The notes under the pieces are model-generated. The model was not told the DNA's origin, ran no database searches, and saw nothing but the letters and a program-made list of their open reading frames with translations. The position numbers were made by a program, and so were the translations under genes. Below are positions 20,795 through 35,314 of a stretch of 64,000 nucleotides of DNA, piece after piece (position 1 is the first letter of the stretch; every line of letters starts with the position of its first letter). Origin of the DNA: Mizuhopecten yessoensis (lineage: Eukaryota). The DNA is taken from assembly GCF_002113885.1 (NCBI RefSeq), contig NW_018479894.1:35707-99706 (forward strand). Reading direction: 5' to 3'.

Positions 20795-22350
20795 CATATT
20801 ACTGCATGTCTCTCCGTATGCCTATAGCGTAACTCATTCACCTCTAACACGTAGGCTATACCAGTGGCATATTACTGCATGTCTCTCCGTATGCCTATAC
20901 CGTAACTCATTCACCTCTACCATATTACTGCATGTCTCTCCGTATGCCTATACCGTAACTCATTCACCTCTACCATATTACTGCATGTCTCTCCGTATGC
21001 CTATAGTGTAACTCATTAACCTCTAACATATTACTGCATGTCTCTTTGTAGGCCTATAGTGTAACTCATTCACCTTTAACATATTACTGCATGTCTCTCC
21101 GTATGCCTATACCGTAACTCATTCACCTCTACCATATTACTGCATGTCTCTCCGTATGCCTATACCGTAACTCATTCACCTCTACCATATTACTGCATGT
21201 CTCTCCGTATGCCTATACCGTAACTCATTCACCTCTACCATATTACTGCATGTCTCTCCGTATGCCTATAGCGTAACTCATTCACCTCTAACATATTACT
21301 CCATGTCTCTCCGTATGCCTAAAGCGTAACTCATTCACCTCTAACATATTACTCCATGTCTCTCCGTATGCCTAAAGCGTAACTCATTCACCTCTAACAT
21401 ATTACTCCATGTCTCTCCGTATGCCTATAGTGTAACTCATTAACCTCTAACATATTACTGCATGTCTCTTTGTAGGCCTATAGTGTAACTCATTCACCTT
21501 TAACATATTACTGCATGTCTCTCCGTATGCCTGTAGCGTAACTCATTCACCTCTAACATATTACTGCATGCCTCTCCGTATGCCTATAGCGTAACTCATT
21601 CACCTCTACATATTACTGCATGTCTCTCCGTATGCCTATAGCATAACTCATTCACCTCTAACATATTACTGCATGCCTCTCCGTATGCCTATAGCGTAAC
21701 TCATTCACCTCTACATATTACTGCATGTCTCTCCGTATGCCTATACCGTAACTCATTCACCTCTACCATATTACTGCATGTCTCTCCGTATGCCTATACC
21801 GTAACTCATTCACCTCTACCATATTACTGCATGTCTCTCCGTATGCCTATAGTGTACCTCATTCACCTCTAACATATTACTGCATGTCTCTCTGTATGCC
21901 GATAGCGTAACTCATACACCTCTAACATATTACTGCATGTCTCTCGGTATGCCTATAGTGTAACTCATTCACCTCTAACAAATTACTGCATGTCTCTCCG
22001 TATGCCTATAGTGTAACTCATTAACCTCTAACATATTACTGCATGTCCCTCCGTATGACTATAGTGTAACTCATTAACCTCTAACATATTACTGCATGTC
22101 TCTCTGTATGCCGATAGCGTAACTCATACACCTCTAACATATTACTGCATGTCTCTCTGTATGCCGATAGCGTAACTCATACACCTCTAACATATTACTG
22201 CATGTCTCTCCGTATGACTATAGAGTAACTCATTCACCTCTAACATATTACTGCATGCCTCTCCGTATGCCTATAGCGTAACTCATTCACCTCTACATAT
22301 TACTGCATGTCTCTCCGTATGCCTATAGTGTAACTCATTCACCTTTAACA
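20795..22350. repeat. Minisatellite, 53 bp unit, about 29 copies
   Basis: Unit CATATTACTGCATGTCTCTCCGTATGCCTATAGCGTAACTCATTCACCTCTAA. Confidence 0.95.
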
Positions 22351-23435
22351 TCTATCTGCACTTTATTTTCAATTTCTTTTCCTTCAAATTAGAACTTTGT
22401 AATCCCATCAGCATACTATGGGAATCGTAATGTATATTTTTTTAATCATTTCCTGAACATATTCCAGAACATTGAAATGCAAATTTGTTTTCCTACCCCT
22501 AGAACTTACAATGGGGTATTGTCATGTGTAATACACTTCTTGCGACACTACCACTTGCGTCCTGTCACTTTCCCGATAAACCCCAACAAACGCTGGCCCT
22601 TGTTAACCTGTTTTGGTAGTAGAATTGTGCTGACACAGAACTACTAAATCTGTCCATTCACAATCATAAAATACTATAAGACCTTTTACTTGTATCATAC
22701 ATTTAATTGCAATATAATTTTACAATAACTATCTGTCCGGTATTGTAGACTTAATTTATTCTATGAGAACAACATTCTCACACCATCAAATTTTGTAACA
22801 ATCCCTAAACAATACATTACAGAGAACAAATAACAAAACCTAAATATGGAATAATTAGGATCAATGACTAGCTTAGAGCTGACTGCCAGCATGCTTTACA
22901 GAATTATACACATGGTTTAGTAACGTTTACAACTTCCTACACAATTATACTGCCAAAAAAATCTGAGAAAACAGTCCTCTGTGTGGCAGTAGAAAAATGA
23001 ACAGGTCCAGCGATGCAAATAGTTTAGCACGTTTCCAGCCACAGGTTTCTGACAAACGACAGGGACGAAGTGGTTCAGTGGCATCTGTCTCCTAAACATT
23101 CCGATCCCTCGGGTCATGTTGGAATGAAGTTAAACACATCACTATGTTCGTCCCATAGTGTATTCAAGAATGGATTTACCTGGGAAAATGAAGCAAAACA
23201 GAAAGTTCTGAGATGGACATCACGCCGTCTAACAATCTTGGAAGAGTAATCGCCAATGGCCATTTCCGCAAGCAAGATTTTATATGATGCATTTAGTAAA
23301 ACATTTATCAACATGTGAAGTATAAGTGCTAAGCTTGAATGGTGCAATGTAAATGTTTACCTTGTGTTACATAGAAGTCAGAAGGCTACCAAATGCAATG
23401 AGGGACTGACTTGGATGGTACATGCTTACCTTGCG

Positions 23436-23490
23436 TTACATAGGAGATGGAGTTAGGAGGCTACCAAATGCAATCGGATGAGGGACTGAC
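23436..23490 (-). CDS. RNF212: RNF212 coding exon 13 (stop), followed by a donor 6 nt after the stop
   Basis: [18 protein letters not shown]; TTGCAG|; AAG|GTAAGC at 23429. Confidence 0.7.
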
Positions 23491-26400
23491 CTGCAACATA
23501 ATCAGATGTATACTGCTATTAAAATGAATCCCACTCATTTTGACTGTGACTTGTTTGTACACATTCAAATCCTAGATCAATATATCAGTCATATCTTAAT
23601 TAAGTGTCCATGATGAATATTCAACGAAATATTTACTATTTCTTTGAGTGATAGGAGATAATTATAAGAAGTGTGCTGAAGAAGGTTCTGGCTTTTCGTA
23701 AAATCTTTATTATTTTGCTCAAATTCAGTGTTCAAGAAATATTGTGTTCTTACTTTGGGGTTGCAGGCACCGTATATCTCCTAGGTGACGGTGTGTCTCC
23801 AACCGTTCCTACAACAAAAACCTCCTACAATCACATTTCCTTAACAGAATCAAGATACCTAGCTATGTCCTGTACATGTGATGCTAATCATCAAGAGATC
23901 TCTAGATGGCCTGTATTGGGTACACACAAGGAGATCCTTAATGGCTGCTGGTATTGCTAACTTGAATATAGAAATTTCTTGGGACTGAATAAAATGGCTC
24001 ACCTAAACCTAAACTCAAGGAAGGAATTCACATTCACCCATTTGTCAACCCTTGACGGGAAGTCATACTCATCTATACGTCTACTTGCACCTTCAGAAGA
24101 AATATCTCGAACGTAATGACTATAAGATGTTAACCTTACAGAGTATACACGTGGTCCGGTCTTACAGTAGATGGAGGTTGGAAAGAGGCCGGTCACCTCT
24201 GTCCATAAACGGAAACTACAACTTTAAGACACCAAAGTATTCCCAAAGAGGATTATCGTCAGTGAAATTCAGCATAAAATGACGCTTCTTGGAGAAATCT
24301 GAAAGGAAACCAACAGTCCGAATACAGAAAACATGTTATCGCAGTGACATCAAGTATGAAGAGTCTCAGCTGGCTGAAATGATAGAAGTTCAAATTGCAA
24401 TGAGAAGATGGAACTTAAACATTCTTGGTATCAGCGAGGTGAGATAGTTCTTGGCGGGCTGCAGACAAGAGGAGAAATATTGAATTTAAGGGGCAAAAAA
24501 AACATCATAAAAGAGTTGCCTAGGATACACCTTGGTAAAATGGAATCTTTTAAGTGATAAGAGCAGGACTCGTCACCCGCTAGGCAAAACCGACTCATCC
24601 AGATATGTATTCTGACCAATTATGTGGATGATGAACAGAAGGACAATTCATAGGATCAAATTAGAAAATTCATCCAGGAAACACCACGACATGATTGTCA
24701 TCATGAGTGATTCAAAAACTGAATGAAAAGGCAGCAAATGTAACGTCACTGTACCCAAATCAGGACACTTTTTAGATAAATGTCAATGATCTTTATACAA
24801 TACTTTTTCCATAAATAGATACTATCCACTTTTCATTTCTATTACCATTTGATATTTCGGGCGCATGGTTCTATGAAAAGAATGCGAAATACCATCAGAG
24901 TTACGTAGGCCCTTGAACCCACGTTATTGTACCCTGAAAAGGCCACTTACGGTATTTTGACGAATATTTGGGGATAAACAATCAGTATCGGCAGAAAACA
25001 TGCATAGTTGAAATATTTTAGAGTCAACAAGGGTTCTGATTAAATTTCTTTTCCAAACTAGCATTAGTTTTGATAAAATATACTTTTGAAAATGATACCC
25101 AAATAAATAGCGTCGCACGGCATGTAAATCAGGAAAGTTTTGTTTTGGTAATTATTCTTACCTTTAAATTGTCCATGTAACAATAATCACCAGCCAAAAA
25201 GCTCAAAACAGTTTAATTGTCGTGAAAAGTATTATCAAATGAAAACTGTATACATAAAAGTACTTCTTTGCATTGAATGACAGTTGATTGGGCCGTTTTA
25301 CCACAAGTGTCCCGATTTGGGTAGCTGTCCTGATTTGGGTAGCTGTCCTGATTTGTCCTGATTTGGGTAGCTGTCCTGATTTGGGTAGCTGTCCTGATTT
25401 GTCCTGATTTGGGTAGCTGTCCTGATTTGAGTAGCTGTCCTGATTTGGGTAGCTGTCCCAATTTGGGTAGCTGTCCTGATTTGTCCTGATTTGGGTAGCT
25501 GTCCTGATCTGGGTAGCTGTCCTGATTTGTCCTGATTTGGGTAGCTGTCCTGATTTGGGTAGCTGTCCTGATTTGTCCTGATTTGGGTAGCTGTCCTGAT
25601 TTGGCCTGATTTGGGTAGCTGTCCTGATTTGGGTAGCTGGTACAGTGACAGTAGGATTGGAGAATGCTATGTCCAAGAGTGTAATGAACAAGAGGTCCAT
25701 TGGACCTGTATCGCTCACCTGGTTTTTATATTTAAGTCATTACAACTGAATGCATTAGTACATCTTTGTATGAAATTTCCTCAAATCCAGACAAGATCTA
25801 TGTTCTAACCCAACTGGGACCACAATATCTGACTTTCAACTAATCAGGGGCCTCCATTGAGTTGCCATGTTAACAGATTTTGAAATAAGTAATATGTCAT
25901 ATTACAGGGTGTAATTAGACAATACTTGAATTTTCATTCAACTATAAGCTTTTATAAAACTAGAAACCAATTTTAACAATTTATAAAAACTACACCACAG
26001 AATATGATAATCTAGCTGTACCATTTCTTAGGACCGCAGGGGTCAAATCAACCTCATTCAATTAAGAAATGTTTGCAGGCAATTAGGGGATATTAGCGTC
26101 TTAAAGCAAAATATTAGGTCTTCCTAGCCCCAGAGGTCGAACCAGTCTCATTTATTAAGGAAATGATTGCCCTCCCCCAATGAAGTTTCAGAGCAAATTT
26201 GGTTGAAATCTAAGAGATGCGTTTTAAAGCAAATAATATAATATAATAGTACTGGACGCAGGCATATGCCTATATATCCAGATCCTGTGTATCGTCAGAC
26301 TCTAAGCTGACACCCCGACAGTTAATAAGTTCATTATTATCAATTTCATGGGTTACCATCATGGGCCCCACCCCCTGGCCTCAGGGGTTGAACCAAACTC

Positions 26401-29400
26401 ATTCATTTAAGAAATGATTGCCCTTCCCTAGTGATGCTTCAGACTTGATTTGGTTGAAATCCTCAGTGGCGTTAAGCAGGAGATACGTTTTAAAGCAAAT
26501 TTATCTAAGTTCCTCTTCAGGGCCCAGCCACCCTGGCCTTAGGGGTCAAACCAACCTCATTTATTTAAGAAATGATTGCCCTCCCCTAGTGATGCTTCAG
26601 ACTGAATTTGGTTGAAATCCTCAGTGGCGTTTAGGAGGAGGTGCGTTTTAAAGCAAATATAGCTAAGTTCCCCTTCATGGCCCCGCCCCGCCCCCCTGGC
26701 CTCAGGGGTCAAACCAACCTCATTAATTTATTTAAGAAATGATTGCCCATCCCTACTGATGTTTCAGACTAAATTTGGTTGAAATCCTCTCTGGTGTTTA
26801 GGAGGAGATGCGTTTTAGAGCAAATTTAGCTAAGTTCCCCTTCAGGACACCGCCCCCCTGGCCTCAGGGGTCGAACCAACCTCATTAATTTATTTAAGAA
26901 ATCATTGCCCATCCCTACTGATGCTTCAGACTAAATTTGGTTGAAATCCTCTCTGGTGTTTAGGAGGAGATGCATTTTAAAGCAAATTTAGCTAAGTTCC
27001 CCTTCAGGGCACCACCACCCTGGCCTCAGGGGTCGAACCAACCTCATTAATTTATTTAAGAAATGATTGCCCATCCCTACTGATGCTTCAGACTAAATTT
27101 GGTTGAAATCCTCTCTGGTGTTTAGGAGGAGATGCATTTTAAAGCAAATTTAGCTAAGTTCCCCTTCAGGGCACCACCACCCTGGCCTCAGGGGTCGAAC
27201 CAACCTCATTTATTTAAGAAATGATTGCCCTCCCCTAGTGATGCTTCAGACTAAATTTGGTTGAAATCCTCACTGGCGTTAAGTAGGAGATGCATTTTAA
27301 AGCAAATTTAGCTAAGTTCCTCTTCAGGGCCCCGCCCCCCTGGCCTTAGGGGTCAAACCAACCTCATTTATTTAAGAAATGATTGCCCTCCCCTAGTGAA
27401 GCTTCAGACTAAATTTGGTTGAAATCCTCTTTGGCGTTTAGGAGGAGATAGGTTTTAAAGAAAAAGTTGATGACTTGAAAATTGGTCAAGGTCATTCATT
27501 TGAACAAACTTGGTAGCCCTTCATCCCAGCATGCTCCTGGCCAAATATCATCACCCTAGGCCTTTTGATTATTGAGAAGAAGTTGTTTAAAGTAAAATAT
27601 TGACGCTGGGAGATGGACGGACGACGGACGACGCACCATGGCATAAGCTCACTTGGCCTTCTGGCCAGGTGAGCTAAAAAACAAAGACAATATGTCACAT
27701 TGGGACGCAAGACAATAATTCACGAAATAAAATGACATGGTTGGTTTGAAAGACTCAGATAAAGATGTTCAACATAGAATTAAGAACATATTTTAAGCAA
27801 TTCAGACTAACACAGATGAACCAGATGAGATTGAGTGATTCGAGCACATCACGAAACTACAGAGTAAATGTTAGGGGGAAAAAGAAAAGGAAGCAATGTT
27901 AATGGCTAAGCAAAGAAACATGGACAAATACAGAAAAATAAAGTAGAAACACGTAAGATGAAGAAGGCAAAAGAAAGGATTAACTCAGAGAACTAGAATC
28001 CAAGGATACTAAAGGAAAGAAAACGGCAAGAGCTGATAAACAAAATCTAATGGTTAATATGCCAAACAAAGCAGAAAGAACTGCTTGCGAAAACCAAATT
28101 AGTCATCAAGGAAAATCTAAGGAAAATTGAGGTGGTTCAAAAGATAAAGCTGGAAATCCTACGGAAGATGTTGGGAACAATTCTTAAACGTTCTGAATGT
28201 AGATTCAGAAGAAAATGTGGTATTATCATCAGGCTGTAATCTGGTGAACTTGAAGAGATAGGCACTTCTGCAATTATCAGCTATAAGATAAGGAAAAAAA
28301 ACTCCGCCACAAAAAAAGTCCAAGATTGGTAACATCAACGCCGAAGAGATGAAAGAAAGTGTGAATGACGTTAACATCCTAGCTTCAAGGAATCTTTAAT
28401 ATTCTAGAAACAGCAATTTCCAGATGGCTAGAAAATAACGCTTATAGTGAACATTTTACTTGACTATCTGCGACAATAGCCGTGGCATATCGCTCCCTTC
28501 TGTACTATCCAAAGTTTTCTGCAGAATCATCATAGACAGAATCAGAAATAGAGTAGACAACAAATTAAGGAAATTTAAGGAACCTGGGTTTACAAGGGGC
28601 ATGTGACCATCAGAACAGCTTTGATTGTTGTGGAATACTTTAGAGCAGTGCAGCTTCAGAAAGGCTTCAGCATGGTCAGAACAAGGCCATCTTGTTCATA
28701 GTAATCAAAGTCTCAGTCATGCAACAATAATCGCCACACCACAGGACTAAGACGAAAATTTACAACAAAACTTGAGGACCTAGATTTTTCAAGACGAAGT
28801 CAACAGCGTGGACACTGTTTAAAAGGAAAGACACCAACTGGGATGGAGTTCATAGAAATGTGTAGAGCCAGCAACTTGGTATTTGTTGCTATGTTGAGGC
28901 CTTGTTCTGACCATGCTGAAGCCTTTCTGAAGCTGCACTGCTCTAAAGTATTCCACAACAATCAGTGTAAAGGAATGGATGTATGCAGTTACTAGGTGGC
29001 TCATTCATCACATATGGGTTGAACTTGATAAGTGAGCGAGTTAACATCCACCTGACATCCATCTGAGAGGAGTTACTTAAGTCCATATTAGTGGGTAGTT
29101 CACTTATGTGCCCATCTGAGGGGACAGTTCACACTTACCTATACGCCCACCTGAGGGGACAGTTCAAACTTACCTATACACCCACCTGAGGGAGGGAACA
29201 GTTCACACTTACCTATACGCCCACCTGAGGGGACAGTTCACACTTACCTATACGCCCACCTGAGGGAGGGGTTCGCACTGACACTCTGGAAACAGTGGAT
29301 CCAAAATTTGTATAAGCATTCTGCAAATAAAGTGTTGTAATTAATTATCTACAGGATCTATACACTATATACATCTATACAGAGAAATTATTTTGTAATT

Positions 29401-32400
29401 TGTCAAATGGAATACTGCAAAAATCAGGTTGGTAAACATTTGATAAATCCGAGACAAAATGGTGTCAAACTTGTCTATCATACTAACAAGAAAGCGACCA
29501 CGACTGACAAAGCACTCATAGGCATGGCTAAGACAATAATGTTGGCGGCACAAAGATCTAATTTATGAATGTACATGCAGCTCGCAGTTCCTGCTGATTC
29601 CTATATTCCTAAGAATTCTCTTATAGGAACTTGCAGGAAACAAAGAATCAAATAGTACAGAAATTTACAAGAATCCTAGGAAGTTCTGTTATAACGTACA
29701 TGATTCCTAGAGTATTACAGTGATAATACTGGTAGAAACTTACATGACTGTTAATGGTTCTATATATTAATACTTTATACTCACAGCACTCCTGGGGAGT
29801 CCTATAAATGATGCCTGGGACACGGCCTGGGAGAGCTGGGTCTGTGAGAGCTGGGTCTGTGACTGGCTTCTAATGATGGGAAGGTAAAATTTAACAAAGT
29901 GATGAATATGCATCACTCCAACATCATGACCCTGGCATTAGGTGTATTACTGTTGTGTATGGCTACCAAGTGTCTATACTTTAGTGCACTTTTATAGGGT
30001 CCTCTGAATCATTTTTGTCAAATCAAAACAGTTGTACTTCATTCCATAGTTCAACTGAAAATTAATCTGGCTGTTGATCTTCCACATTCTTTTACATCCA
30101 GATCTCATATTTACCATAGTTACCATAAACTATTAGATCCAGATCTCATATTTACCATCGTTACCATAAAATATTCCATCCAGATCTCATATTTACCATA
30201 GTTACCTTAAACTATTACATCAAGAACTCATATTTACCATAGTTACCATAACCTATTAGATCCAGATCTCATATTTACCATAGTTACCTTAAACTATTAC
30301 ATCAAGAACTCATATTTACCATAGTTACCATAAACTATTAGATCCAGATCTCATATTTACCATCGTTACCATAAACTTTTACATCCAGATCTCATATTTA
30401 CCATAGTTACCTTAAACTATTACATCAAGAACTCATATTTACCATAGTTACCATAAACTATTAGATCCAGATCTCATATTTACCATCGTTACCATAAAAT
30501 ATTCCATCCAGATCTCATATTTACCATAGTTACCATAGTTACCATAAACGATTACATGCTCTACAACATGTAGATAGCACAAGTTTCAGCAGGTATATAC
30601 CTACCATAAACTATTACATCCAGATCTCTTATTTACCATCGTTACCATAAACTATTACATCCAGATCGCATATTTACCATCGTTACCATAAACTATTTCA
30701 TCCAGATCTCATATTTACCATCGTTACCATAAACTTTTACATCCAGATCTCATATTTACCATAGTCACCATAGTTACCATAAACTATTACATGCTCTACA
30801 ACATGTAGATAGCACAAGTTTCAGCAGGTATATACCTACCATAAACTATTACATCCAGATCTCTTATTTACCATAGTTACCATAAACTATTACATCCGGA
30901 TCTCATATTTACCATCGTTACCATAAAATATTCCATCCAGATCTCATATTTACCATAGTTACCTTAAACTATTACATCAAGAACTCATATTTACCATAGT
31001 TACCATAAACTATTACATCAAGAACTCATATTTACCATAGTTACCATAAACTATTACATCAAGATCTCATATTTACCATCGTTACCATAAACGATTACAT
31101 CCAAATCTCATATTTACCATAGTTACCATAAACTATTACATCAAGAACTCATATTTACCATAGTTACCATAAACTATTACATCCAGATCTCATATTTACC
31201 ATAGTTACCATAGTTACCATAAACTATTACATGCTCTACAACATGTAGATAGCACAAGTTTCAGCAGGTATATACCAAAGAGGACCCATGAAGGGGGACC
31301 CTATTAAAAACTACTACTGTGTATGTCCTGCGGTGAAGTGGACATCTGGCATACATGTCCATGTGGCATCCACACACCTTGGCCATTATACATATTTAGC
31401 AAACAATTAAACCTTCCAGCAAACTACTAGTAAATTCAAAGTAGCTGTATTATATGGGACATACAATCTTCCCAATACTTCCAATAGAATAACTGATCAA
31501 ATCAATGGATTACAAACAGAACTGCATGGACAGGGCATCTCAAGGTTCTGAAGTCATGAGAAAGTCAAGACAACACTATTAAGCTTCACCTACAATTGGG
31601 CTCAAAATTTACAGCAGACTCTCTTGGAACGAATGCAGAGCCAGCTTCTAAATTACGCAAAAATAGTCATACTAGATATTTTTTCAAGTATATGTCACTA
31701 ATTTTATAGTGATGAAAGGATGGAGCAGTCGCACCAGGATAGAGCTAGTTATAATGGAGGGCCAGAGCATTAATTAGATCAAAAATAGTAACACCCAAGT
31801 ATAAACTTGGCTCTGGATAAAATTCCATTGTTCTTTCACAGTCTTTAAAGCAAGGGAATGACATACACTGATCCTGTTTTTGAGGACAAAGATGGTGTCC
31901 AGAATTCTATTACAGTTTTCTTAAAAAACAATGTCCATTTTTAAGTAATACTTCTGGTGCAGTTAATTATCAAAAAGAACTTGATTGTGTTAATCTGTGT
32001 TACATTACCTGCCTGAGCTGATCATCTGTGGTGAAGAGGATGGGGAACCTAGAGAAAACAAGACTATTATAGCAATTCACAGTCCTGTAACCTAGTGGTG
32101 ACTATACAAGTAAACCACCAACAATATAGTAAAGGTAATGTAGAACCTAGTGAAATCCAGTTGTAATAGTGAAAGAATATGCAACAAAATAAAACTTTAC
32201 TAATTCTCTCCAAATTTTACATGGTAGCAAGTCTCCAATGTCCGAAGTACCCAAAAATAATTCCTATTTCTTCTATTACAAGTCCCCATTTCACATTCAT
32301 TTTGAAGACTTTCTATAAATTTTACACAAACTTGTCTAAGTACAGTTAGCTGACACTCAAATTCACAGGAAACCTACTTCTGTAGACAGGTGATGAGTTC

Positions 32401-35274
32401 CCACTGCGACGTCCATGTGATCTGAAATATTCATACAACCTGTAAGTGTACACTTAAGAGAAGATTCCCTTTAAATAAATGACAATAATGATAGGTTTCA
32501 CAAACTAGCATGTTGTTAACACAGGGACTTCATGAGATATGATGTGGGCTGATATAAGGTACATGTATATAACTAGGAACCCTTTATACTTACACAAATC
32601 TATATAACCACGAACCCTTTATACTTACACAAATCTATATAACGACGAACCCTTTATACTTACACAAATCTATATACCTACGACCCCTATATACTTACAC
32701 AAATCTATGTAACCACGAACCCTATATACTTACACAAATCTACATAACCACGAACCCTATATACTTACACAAATCTATATAACTATGAACCCTTTATACT
32801 TAAACAAATCTATATAACCACGAACCCTTTATACTTACACAAATCTATATAACCACGAACCCTATATACTTACACAAATCTATATAACTATGAACCCTAT
32901 ATACTTTCACAAATCTATATAACTATGAACCCTATATACTTACACAAATCTATATAACTAGGAATCCTATATACTTTCACAAATCTATATAACTAGGAAC
33001 CCTTTACACTTACACAAATCTATATAACCACGAACCCTATATACTTGCACAAATCTATATACCTACGACCCCTATATACTTACACAAATCTATATAACTA
33101 TGAACCCTATATACTTACACAAATCTATATAACTATGAACCCTATATACTTACACAAATCTATATAACTATGAACCCTATATACTTACACAAATCTATAT
33201 AACTATGAACCCTATATACTTACACAAATCTATATAACTATGAACCCTATATACTTACACAAATCTATATAACTATGAACCCTATATACTTACACAAATC
33301 TATATAACTATGAACCCTATATACTTACACAAATCTATATAACTATGAACCCTATATACTTACACAAATCTATATAACTATGAACCCTATATACTTACAC
33401 AAATCTATATAACTATGAACCCTATATACTTACACAAATCTATATAACTATGAACCCTATATACTTACACAAATCTATATAACTATGAACCCTATATACT
33501 TACACAAATCTATATAACTATGAACCCTATATACTTACACAAATCTATATAACTATGAACCCTATATACTTACACAAATCTATATACCTACGAACCCTAT
33601 ATACTTACACAAATCTATATAACTATGAACCCTATATACTTACACAAATCTATATACCTACGAACCCTATATACTTACACAAATCTATATAACTATGAAC
33701 CCTATATACTTACACAAATCTATATACCTACGAACCCTATATACTTACACAAATCTATATAACTATGAACCCTATATACTTACACAAATCTATATACCTA
33801 CGAGCCCTATATACTTACACAAATCTATATAACTATGAACCCTATATACTTACACAAATCTATATACCTACGAACCCTATATACTTACACAAATCTATAT
33901 ACCTACAAACCCTATATACTTACACAAATCTATATACCTATAAGCCCTGTGTACTTACACAAATCTATATACCTACAAACCCTATGTACTTACACAAATC
34001 TATATACCTACGGGCCCTATATACTTACACAAAACTATATAACTATGAACCCTATATACTTACACAAATCTATATACCTATGAACCCTATATACTTACAC
34101 AAATCTATATAACTATGAACCCTATATACTTACACAAATCATTATAACCATGAACCCTATATACTTTCACAAATCTATATACCTACAAACCCTATATACT
34201 TACACAAATCTATATACCTACAACCCCTATATACTTACACAAATCTATATACCTACGATCCCTATACTTACACAAATCTATATAACTACAAACCCTATAT
34301 ACTTACACAAATCTATATACCTACGATCCTTATATACTTACACAAATCTATATACCTACAAGCCCTATATACTTACACAAATCTATATACCTATGAACCC
34401 TAAATACTTACAAAAATCTATATACCTACAAACCCTATATACTTACACAATTATGCGCCAGAGGTAATTTCACCTTAGCTAAATCAGTAGAGTGGTGGAC
34501 TGGGAAGCTGGGAGGTTACAGGTATATAATACACTACTCTCTTTCCTGTTACAAATGGTGCCACGACCAGGATTGTTGTGGTGGGTGGAGGGAGCAGTGT
34601 GGCACAATATATTTATATATAGAATAGGATTACAGATGCCTTCTAGCTTCATGCTGAATGATAAGCTAGGATTCCATACTGGTACATATGATGAATAAAA
34701 CACGATACTGGAGTAATTAATTGATAAACCTAAACTTGTTGTTATAATCATGAATGTAAAGTGTACGCACCTGTTAGTTGTACTGGCTATGTGTCTCTGT
34801 CAATAGAAACAGCAGTTTAACATTCAGATATGCAATGTATATTGTGTATCACATCATTTTACTTAAAATTCAGTTATTGAATAATATGGCAAACATTACT
34901 GATGTGGCATGGTATTGTAAAGCATAGTGAAATGAACTGGGGTCAAATTGCCATTGTGGAAATTTATATAAACCACCCAGAGTCAGAGATGAAGCCAAAC
35001 TATCTGATTTCATTTCTAATATTTTGTTTACACTAATTCTTATTTAGTTTACTTCAATGTTTTGCTCTATATATGTCAATAACAAAACTTATATCTGGGA
35101 TTAGAACTTTTGGGAAGGTCAGTGAAGTTTTTACTTTACCAGTGAAAACAATCTGTATAACCATTTTGTTTTCGTACTGTTTTTTTTTTCATCAAATATT
35201 TTTAGTTTAGTTTAGTTTGGGTAAAGAATTATGTGATGTGAAAGTGGGGTTAACTTTACTAACGATTAAAGTGA

Positions 35275-35314
<40 letters not shown>

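Larger units (their letters stand above)
24330..28820 (+). mobile_element. Highly decayed RTE-clade LINE, split by a MITE and a HINE
   Basis: Endonuclease remnant [15 protein letters not shown] near 24400; RT remnant [34 protein letters not shown] at about 28468-28570; LEDLDF near 28771. Confidence 0.75.
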
